A stretch of DNA of 64,000 nt, from positions 31,124,001-31,188,000 of the forward strand of contig NW_027361784.1 of assembly GCF_039654945.1 (NCBI RefSeq), given 5' to 3'. Of the stretch, positions 56,101 to 64,000 are shown piece after piece. How positions within the stretch are numbered: position 1 is the first letter of the stretch; each line of letters begins with the position of its first letter. The notes beneath the pieces are model-generated. The model had not been told where the DNA came from. It was given only the letters and a program-made list of their open reading frames with translations, and did no database searches. The position numbers and the translations under genes were made by a program. The stretch comes from Dendrobates tinctorius (Eukaryota).

Positions 56101-58318
56101 GATGGCTCCTACACGATATTAAAATGTAAAATATTGTACACACATATACCTTGGAGAGTCTGGCGGCAGGCGGCAAGGCACGGACGAACCAATATGGTGA
56201 CTGTCATCAAGGCATGCACTCGATGTCAGAGTTCCAACTCGGTTATGTTACCACATCGCTCAGCCTGAGACCTGCCCTTCTACAATCCAATTCCAAATTA
56301 GCCTGTGGCCAACAGAACGGAGAGCAGTAGTGCAGGTAGACTTAGTCGCCTCTTCCCCCTGCAGAGTAACTGTATTGGCAAGCTGTGGTTACCAATTCAG
56401 TTTAGAGTGGGGTCACTTCGGGTGGACCTCTCTGAGTCAGGGTCCTGGAGTGACCATCCCCTCTGTACTCCTGTTAGCTATGTTACTTGGAAAGAGGGAA
56501 GATGGGCAAATGCTAAGGGTATGTGCACGTAGAATCTTTGGGAACATGAGATTATACCAAAAGATGTCTGAGAAATCAATTAAAAAATTGCTTAAACATT
56601 TGTCTTGCTAATTTCTATAGTAAAATAACTAGCTGGCATCCAGTCTTTTGGGCATTTTTCTTTTGCTTCAAGTTTTGAAAAACGCCAGGGAGAAAAGAAT
56701 GTGCTGATTATCCGGATCCGCTCATTCCTCAACCATGAAACCACAAAAACACTACTGCATGCTCTTATCATCTCCCGCCTTGACTACTGCAACCTCCTAC
56801 TCTCTGGCCTCCCCTCTAGCACTCTGGCTCCGCTCCAGTCCATCCTACACTCTGCTGCCTGACTAATCCACCTGTCTCCCTGCTATTCCCCAGCCTCCCC
56901 CTATGCCTGGCCCTTCACTGGCTTCCCATTGCCCAGAGGCTCCAATTCAAAACCCTAACCATGACATACAAAGCCATCCACAACCTGTCTCCTCCATACA
57001 TCTGTGACATGGTCTCTAGGTACCTACCCGCACGCAACCTTCGATCATCTCAAGATCTCCTTCTCTACTTCCCCCTTATCTCTTCTTCCAACAACCGCAT
57101 ACAAGACTTCTCCCGTGCTTCCCCCATACTCTGGAACTCCCTGCCGCAACAAATCAGAGTCTCACCATCAACCGAAACCTTCAAGAAGAACCTGAAAACC
57201 CACCTGTTCCGACAAGCCTACAGCCTGTAATGATCCTCGGTCTACTGAACCACCGCACGACCTGCTCTACCCTCTCCTACTGTATCCTCACCCATCCCTG
57301 TAGACTGTGAGCCCTCGCGGGCAGGGTCCCCTTTCCTTATGTACTTGTGTGTCCCTTGTCTTACACATGTTTATTATACTTGTCTGTTGTGAGTTCATTT
57401 TCCCCTTCACTACTGAGGCCCGAGGAACTCCCTCTTCTGGTGAAGAAAGGTAGTGAGCCTGATTGTCAAACACCTGGGGCTGATGATGATGACTGGCTGA
57501 GTGGAGTTAATGACTGGATATAAGGCTGCCGACGCCCTTCTGGCCTGCGGGTGATTTCTCTGTGGACTTCTAGGAAACCAGTGTGATTCCTGCTCTTCTA
57601 AAGCTAAGATTTCTGCTTTGCCTTTTTGCATTAGTGTTTTGTTTTCCTTGCTTTTCTGGATTCTGCCATTCCCTGCTGGGGTGAGCTGAATCTCCTTTTG
57701 CCTGTTGCTCTATCTTCAGAATATTCCTGAGTACTGACATAGCTTTTTTGAAGCCTAGCGTCTTCAGGGCCTTTTTACTGTCAGTTTGTTGGCTCTTATT
57801 TTCTTAGGGTTTTTCACGGATTGCAGACAGCAGCCTTCCTGTCCTTTCCTATCTAAGCTAGCGTGGGCCCCATCTTTGCTCAGTCTATCTTTCTGTCTGT
57901 GTTTTGTTCTTTCTTCTTGCTTCACCGTCATTATATGTGGGGGGCTGCCTTTTGCTTTGGGGTCTGCTCTGGGGCAGTTTAGATTTCCCTTTCTGTCTTT
58001 AGGCTATGTAGTCCTCCGGCTGTGATCGAGGGGTCTAGGGCATCGTAGGAGCCCCCCACGGCTACTGCTAGTTGTGTTGATAGGTTCAGGGGTCTGCAAT
58101 CCGATAGCTGCCAACTTCTCTGGTTTTCTGGACTTAGCTAGCATTTCTATTTTTGCCTCCTACGGTGACTCAATCATAACAGAATCACCCGCCATACCGC
58201 AGATTCTAGGGTACTCAATAGCAGGAAAGAATTATATAAAAAAAAAAAAAAAAAAGGGGTGTGTATATTTTTTCCTCTATATCCCTGAGGCCGTAGTGGG
58301 AATTTTTTTTCTCTCTCA

Positions 58319-59359
58319 ATGGAGATAAAGCAATTGTCTGATCGTGTGGAGCAGCTCGCTGCGGAAGTGCAGGGAATTTCCACCTACCTTGCTCATTCAC
58401 ATGCTGCTGAACCAAAGATTCCTACACCTGATGTATTTTTTGGGGATCGGTCTAAATTTTTGAATTTCAAAAATAATTGTAAATTATTTTTTGCCTTGAA
58501 GCCTAACTCGTCAGGGAGCTCCGCGCAGCAGGTTAAAATTGTCATCTCTTTGCTGCGTGGCGATCCCCAGGATTGGGCGTTTTCTTTGAAACCAGATGAT
58601 CCTATTCTGACTAATGTGAACACATTTTTTCAGGCCTTGGGGTTGTTGTATGACGAACCTAATGCCATTGATCAGGCTGAAAAGACCCTGCTGGCATTGA
58701 ACCAGGGTCGTGATTCTGCAGAATTGTACTGTCAAAAATTCCGAAAGTGGGCAGTACTTACTACCTGGAATGATAATGCCTTGGCTGCTCTCTTTCGGAA
58801 GGGGTTGTCAGAAGCCATAAAAGATACTATGGTGGGATTTCCTGTTCCCTCTGGTCTTGACGATTCTATGTCTTTAGCCATTCAGGTTGATCGGCGTTTA
58901 CGTGAACGCAGAGCTGCACGAGAGGTGTTGCCACCTGTTGAACAGATGTCTGAACCTATGCAATGTGATAGAGTTTTTTCCAGAGAGCAGCGTCAGGAGT
59001 TTAGAAGGCGTAATAAGTTGTGTTTTTTCTGTGGAGATGCCTCGCATATTATTTCTGTCTGTCCTAAACGCGAGAAACGCTTTGCACACACGTTTTCTGT
59101 TGGTGGTGTTCAACAAAAGTTTCTTCTGGCTATTACTCTGATCTGCTCCCTGTCCACATTTTCCGCCAAGGCTTTTGTGGATTCGGGAGCAGCTCTAAAC
59201 CTAATGGACTTGGATTTTGCTAAACGTTGTGGATTTCCGATGACACCTCTGCAGACGCCTATCCCTTTGAGGGGGATTGATGCTACTCCTTTGGCTAAAA
59301 ATAAACCTCAGTTTTGGACCCAGGTGGTAATGCGGGTCGCCCCAGACCATCAAGTGTAA
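58319..59359 (+). CDS. gag: Gag plus protease N-terminal part, truncated by an insertion
   Basis: EPKIPTPD.F.GD, LRGDPQDWA, CFFCGDASHIISVC, FVDSGA. The stop codon comes from the inserted sequence. Confidence 0.9.
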   Translation: MEIKQLSDRVEQLAAEVQGISTYLAHSHAAEPKIPTPDVFFGDRSKFLNFKNNCKLFFALKPNSSGSSAQQVKIVISLLRGDPQDWAFSLKPDDPILTNVNTFFQALGLLYDEPNAIDQAEKTLLALNQGRDSAELYCQKFRKWAVLTTWNDNALAALFRKGLSEAIKDTMVGFPVPSGLDDSMSLAIQVDRRLRERRAAREVLPPVEQMSEPMQCDRVFSREQRQEFRRRNKLCFFCGDASHIISVCPKREKRFAHTFSVGGVQQKFLLAITLICSLSTFSAKAFVDSGAALNLMDLDFAKRCGFPMTPLQTPIPLRGIDATPLAKNKPQFWTQVVMRVAPDHQV

Positions 59360-59659
59360 GTGTAAGTGTGCGTGCGTAGCCCATTCACTATCTCCATCCA
59401 TCCTTCACTCCTGCAAGATGGCTGGACCTTCATTGTAAATACACCATTGTAAATACACACCTGTACTCTGTATCTCCCTCACCTCATTGTAGATTGCACG
59501 CTCTCACGAGCAGGGTCGTCTTATTTCGTCTTATTTTGCTTTAATTATTGTATTGTTAGCGTTGTTACTTATGACTTGTGTTTTGAAACTGTTAAACTGT
59601 AAAGCGCTGCGGAATATGTTGGCGCTATATAAATAAAGATTATTATTATTATTATTATT
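59355..59659 (+). mobile_element. L2-type 3' tail or L2-dependent SINE inserted in the protease region
   Basis: Ends tgtaaagcgctgcggaatatgttggcgctatataaataaag(att)n; flanked by ATCAAG at 59349-59354 and 59660-59665. Confidence 0.9.
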
Positions 59660-59661
59660 AT

Positions 59662-62600
59662 CAAGAAAATTGCAGGTTTTTGGTGTTACATAATCTGCAT
59701 GATACTATTGTTCTGGGGTTTCCCTGGTTACAAATTCATAATCCAGTTTTGGATTGGAAATCTGTGTCTGTGGTGAGTTGGGGTTGTCGGTGTGCCTTTA
59801 GTGAGGCTCCGGTGTTTTCCACCTCTCCTCAGTCGCATGATGTTCCTGATTATTTGGCGGACTTTTATGATGTATTTAGTGAGAATGAGTCTGCGTCTCT
59901 GCCTCCTCATAGGAGTTATGACTGTGCTATTGAACTGAGCCCGGGGTGTAAATTTCCCAAGGGTCGGCTCTTCAATTTATCTGTACCCGAGCACGAGGCT
60001 ATGCGATCCTATATTAAGGAGACGTTGGAGAAGGGTCATATTAGACCATCCTCGTCACCCTTAGGTGCCGGTTTTTTTTTTGTAGCCAAAAAGGATGGAT
60101 CATTAAGACCTTGTATTGATTATCGTGCTCTCAACAAAATTACTGTTAAATATCAGTATCCGTTACCCCTGATTTCTGATCTATTCTCCAGAGTTAAAGG
60201 TGCTTGCTGGTTTACCAAGCTTGACCTCAGGGGGGCGTATAATCTTATTCGCATTAAGCATGGGGATGAATGGAAGACGGCGTTTAATACTCCGGAGGGA
60301 CATTTTGAGTACCTGGTGATGCCTTTTGGGCTCACTAATGCCCCTTCTGTCTTCCAGTGCTTCATGAACGATATTTTCCGAGATTTTGTGGATACATTTT
60401 TGATTATCTATCTGGATGATATTTTGATCTTCTCCAAGGATTGGGATTCTCATGTGGAACATATTCGGACTGTGTTCCGGATCTTGAGGGAGAATTCCCT
60501 GTATGTCAAAGGATCTAAATGCCTTTTTGGAGTACAGAGGATTTCTTTTTTGGGATTTATTTTGTCCCCGTCAACTATTGAAATGGACCCAGCCAAGGTA
60601 CAGGCCATTTACGATTGGATTCAGCCCACTTCTTTGAAGGCCCTCCAGAAGTTTTTGGGTTTTGCTAATTTTTATCAGAAATTTATAGCAAAGTTTTCAA
60701 GTATTGCAGAGCCATTGACTGATTTGACTAAGAAGGGTGCTGATGTGTTAAATTGGTCTCCGGAGGCTGTTTCTTCCTTTCAGGAGCTGAAGCGAAGATT
60801 CACCTCCGCCCCGGTTTTGCGGCAACCTGATGTCTCACTTCCGTTCCAGGTAGAGGTGGATGCTTCTGAGATTGGTGCAGGAGCTGTTTTGTCCCAAAAG
60901 GATCCTGTAACATCTAAAATGAATCCCTGTGCTTTCTTTTCCCGAAAGTTCTCTCCATCTGAACGTAACTATGATGTGGGGAATCGGGAACTGTTAGCCA
61001 TGAAATGGGCATTTGAGGAGTGGAGACATTGGTTGGAGGGAGGTAAGCATCAAGTCGTGGTCCTCACTGACCACAAGAATTTGATTTACCTAGAGTCGGC
61101 GAAGCGCTTGAACCCTAGACAGGCTAGGTGGGCCTTGTTTTTTACACGTTTTGATTTTGTGGTTTCTTTTCTTCCTGGAACTAAGAATGTCAAGGCTGAC
61201 GCCCTCTCTAGGAGCTTCTTTGCTGATTCTCCTGTGGTGACCAAGCCTGCTACCATCTTAGGCGAAGGGGTAGTTCTTTCTACCATCTCGCCCGATTTGA
61301 GACGTGCTCTGGAAGAGTTCCAGGAGGACAAACCTGAGCGTTGTCCCAGTGGAAAGTTGTATGTTACTGACCAGTGGAAGAAGAGAGTGATGTCTGAAGT
61401 TCATTGCTCTGCTTTGGCTGGTCATCCAGGTATTTTTGGTACTAGAGATTTGGTGAGTCGGTCTTTTTGGTGGCCCTCCTTGTCTCGTGATGTCAGGAAT
61501 TTTGTGCAGTCCTGTGGGACGTGCTCCCGGTCTAAATCGTGTTCTCGCTTTAGTGGGTTGTTGATGCCTTTGCCTGTCCCCAAGAGGCCATGGACTCATA
61601 TTTCAATGGATTTCATCTCTGATATGCCTGTCTCTCAAAGGATGACTGTTATTTGGGTGATTTGTGATAGGTTCTCTAAGATGGTTCATCTTGTACCACT
61701 CCCTAAGTTGCCGTCTTCCTCTGAATTGGTGCCCCTGTTTTTACAACAGGTGGTTCGCTTGCACGGGATTCCTGAGAACATTGTATCTAACAGAGGAGTC
61801 CAGTTTGTGTCTAGATTTTGGAGAACTTTCTGTTCCAAGCTGGGAATTCAGTTGTCCTTCTCCTCTGCTTTTCACCCTCAGACCAATGGGCAGACAGAGA
61901 GAACAAACCAGACCTTGGAGTCATATTTGAGATGTTTTATTTCTGCTGATCAGAATGATTGGGTTTCATTTTTGCCCTTGGCCGAATTTGCTTTAAATAA
62001 TAGAGCTAGTTCTGCCATTTTGATGTCTCCTTTTTTTTGTAACTTTGGGTTTCATCCTCGATTTTCTTCAGGGCAGGTGGAGCCCTCTGCCTGCCCAGGG
62101 GTTGACACTGTGGTGGAGAGAATGCACCAGATCTGGGACCAAGTGGTGGATAAGTTATCTCTCTCCCAGGAAAAGGCCCAGCGGTTTTCCAACCGACATA
62201 GGACCATTGGTCCCCAATTTAAGGTTGGTGATATGGTGTGGTTATCATCAAAACATATTGCTATGAAGGTGGCTTCTCCTAAGTTTAAGCCTAGATTTAT
62301 TGGACCTTACAAGATTTTGGAGATTATTAATCCGGTCTCCATTCGTTTGGCTCTTCCTGTCACATTTAAAATCCATAATGTGTTCCATAAATCTTTGTTG
62401 AAGAGGTTTGTTGAACCTGTTATTCCGGGGGTTGCACCTCCAGACCCTGTATTGGTTGAAGGTAACATGGAATATGAGGTAGAGAAAGTACTGGATTCCC
62501 GTCTGGCTAGACGGAGACTCCAGTATTTGGTTAAGTGGAAGGGTTATGGTCAGGAGGATAATTCCTGGGTCTCTGCCTCTGATATTCATGCCAAAAGATT

Positions 62601-62823
62601 GGTGCGTGCCTTTCATCGGGCTCACCCTGATCGCCCTGGTGGCGTGGTTGAGGGTTCGGTGACCCCTCCTCAAGGGGGAGGTACTGTTGTGAGTTCATTT
62701 TCCCCTTCACTACTGAGGCCCGAGGAACTCCCTCTTCTGGTGAAGAAAGGTAGTGAGCCTGATTGTCAAACACCTGGGGCTGATGATGATGACTGGCTGA
62801 GTGGAGTTAATGACTGGATATAA
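59662..62823 (+). CDS. pol: Pol remainder: protease end, RT, RNase H, integrase, chromodomain
   Basis: VLGFPWL..HNP..DW, LRPCIDYRALN, YLDD, VDAS, TDHKNL, H..GH..C..C, ICDRFSK, ERTNQTL, YEVEKVLDSR..QYLVKWKGY..EDNSW. The integrase has SNRG where SDRG is expected. Confidence 0.94.
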   Translation, partial: QENCRFLVLHNLHDTIVLGFPWLQIHNPVLDWKSVSVVSWGCRCAFSEAPVFSTSPQSHDVPDYLADFYDVFSENESASLPPHRSYDCAIELSPGCKFPKGRLFNLSVPEHEAMRSYIKETLEKGHIRPSSSPLGAGFFFVAKKDGSLRPCIDYRALNKITVKYQYPLPLISDLFSRVKGACWFTKLDLRGAYNLIRIKHGDEWKTAFNTPEGHFEYLVMPFGLTNAPSVFQCFMNDIFRDFVDTFLIIYLDDILIFSKDWDSHVEHIRTVFRILRENSLYVKGSKCLFGVQRISFLGFILSPSTIEMDPAKVQAIYDWIQPTSLKALQKFLGFANFYQKFIAKFSSIAEPLTDLTKKGADVLNWSPEAVSSFQELKRRFTSAPVLRQPDVSLPFQVEVDASEIGAGAVLSQKDPVTSKMNPCAFFSRKFSPSERNYDVGNRELLAMKWAFEEWRHWLEGGKHQVVVLTDHKNLIYLESAKRLNPRQARWALFFTRFDFVVSFLPGTKNVKADALSRSFFADSPVVTKPATILGEGVVLSTISPDLRRALEEFQEDKPERCPSGKLYVTDQWKKRVMSEVHCSALAGHPGIFGTRDLVSRSFWWPSLSRDVRNFVQSCGTCSRSKSCSRFSGLLMPLPVPKRPWTHISMDFISDMPVSQRMTVIWVICDRFSKMVHLVPLPKLPSSSELVPLFLQQVVRLHGIPENIVSNRGVQFVSRFWRTFCSKLGIQLSFSSAFHPQTNGQTERTNQTLESYLRCFISADQNDWVSFLPLAEFALNNRASSAILMSPFFCNFGFHPRFSSGQVEPSACPGVDTVVERMHQIWDQVVDKLSLSQEKAQRFSNRHRTIGPQFKVGDMVWLSSKHIAMKVASPKFKPRFIGPYKILEIINPVSIRLALPVTFKIHNVFHKSLLKRFVEPVIPGVAPPDPVLVEGNMEYEVEKVLDSRLARRRLQYLVKWKGYGQEDNSWVSASDIHAKRLVRAFHRAHPDRPGGVVEGSVTPPQGGGTVVSSFSPSLLRPEELPLLVKKGSEPDCQTPGADDDDWLSGVNDWI

Positions 62824-63654
62824 GGCTGCCGACGCCCTTCTGGCCTGCGGGTGATTTCTCTGTGGACTTCTAGGAAACCAGTCTGATTCCTGCTCATCTA
62901 AAGCTAAGATTTCTGCTTTGCCTTTTTGCATTAGTGTTTTGTTTTCCTTGCTTTTCTGGATTCTGCCATTCCCTGCTGGGGTGAGCTGAATCTCCTTTTG
63001 CCTGTTGCTCTGTCTTCAGAATATTCCTAAGTACTGACATAGCTTTTTTGAAGCCTAGCGTCTTCAGGGCCTTTTTACTGTCAGTTTGTTGGCTCTTATT
63101 TTCATAGGGTTTTTCACGGATTGCAGACAGCAGCCTTCCTGTCCTTTCCTATCTAAGCTAGCATGGGCCCCATCTTTGCTCAGTCTATCTTTCTGTCTGT
63201 GTTTTGTTCTTTCTTCTTGCTTCACCGTCATTATATGTGGGGGGCTGCCTTTTGCTTTGGGGTCTGCTCTGGGGCAGTTTAGATTTCCCTTTCTGTCTTT
63301 AGGCTATGTAGTCCTCCGGCTGTGATCGAGGGGCCTAGGGCATCATAGGAGCCCCCCACGGCTACTGCTAGTTGTGTTGATAGGTTCAGGGGTCTGCAAT
63401 CCGATAGCTACCAACTTCTCTGGTTTTCTGGACTTAGCTAGCATTTCTATTTTTGCCTCCTACGGTGACTCATTCATAACACTTGTCTATATTTCCCCTT
63501 TTCACATGTAAAGCGCCACGGAATAAATGGCGCTATATAAATGCATAATAATAATAATAATTACTACTTTGAATCAGCCGCTGATGGCAAATGCTCCAAA
63601 CCAGGCACAATCCAGTCAAAAAGTTTAAAAAAAAAAACACTCACCAAGAGAAAC

Positions 63655-64000
63655 AGATCACAGACTGTACATGAGTCAACTGGGTGATGCAGCAGCAAAA
63701 AAGGCAAACACAGTTCTAGGATGTATAAAGAGAAGCATGGAGTCTAGAGCACGTGACGTAATTATCCTCCTCTACTCCTCCTTGATCAGACCTATCTGGA
63801 ATACTGTGTCCAATTCTGGGCACCAGATTTTAAAAAAGACTGAAAAACTGAAGCAAGTTCAGAGAAGAGGTGCCAGGATGGTGAGCAGACTGCAAAGTAT
63901 GTCCTATGAGGAACATTTAAAGGATCTGGGAATATTTAGCTTGCAAAAAAGAAGGCTAAGAGGAGACTTAATAGCTGTCTACAAATATCTGAGGGGCTGT
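63655..64000 (+). mobile_element. CR1 LINE RT fragment running off the right edge
   Basis: DAAAKKANTVLGCIKRS, LEYCVQFWAP, QVQRR, YEE.LK.LGIFSL.KRRLRGDLIAVYKYL, with frameshifts. Confidence 0.9.

Larger units (their letters stand above)
57385..63481 (+). mobile_element. Full-length Tf1/sushi-type chromovirus (Ty3/Gypsy)
   Basis: 797-bp LTRs 57385-58181 and 62685-63481 (about 10 substitutions counted by eye) with TG..CA ends; TSD CTTGTC; PPT aagggggaggtac. Confidence 0.97.
56711..63562 (+). mobile_element. 5'-truncated L2 LINE 3' end (56711-57384 plus 63488-63562), split by the chromovirus
   Basis: Highly similar to ~50485-51232. The 3' UTR resumes exactly after the 3' LTR and ends in (TAA)n. 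Confidence 0.93.

Overview
This is a eukaryotic, repeat-saturated window. The TE families (L2 and CR1 LINEs, Tf1/sushi-type and tRNA-primed Ty3/Gypsy elements, Tc1, a DD41D mariner-like element, TTAA and TAA MITEs, and minisatellites) point to a vertebrate, most likely a frog; that host assignment is inference. I found no convincing host gene exon, and all long ORFs belong to transposons. Main contents: (1) the 5' half of an L2 LINE (1-~2700, minus) with a 2A-like peptide ahead of its endonuclease; (2) two hammerhead-ribozyme-like loci (6352-6750, and a 272-bp Penelope-like palindrome at 14014-14285); (3) a minisatellite (23063-29385) that received three separate LTR insertions, one of them a gag-protease-only element; (4) an apparently intact, very young tRNA-Ser-primed Gypsy (38443-46097, minus) with a -1 frameshift signal; (5) a deleted DD41D transposon; (6) a chromodomain Gypsy (57385-63481) inserted in an L2 3' UTR and itself split by a 311-bp L2-type tail. 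The most informative hidden structure is that both sushi-type elements lack a tRNA PBS. Each instead has a 10-11 nt segment after the 5' LTR that is complementary to a site about 28 nt downstream of a TATA or TATA-like box in its own LTR. The two sequences differ and show compensatory changes, which fits Tf1-type self-priming. I cannot claim a wholly new biological system: the findings are unusual instances of known mechanism classes, read by eye without alignments.
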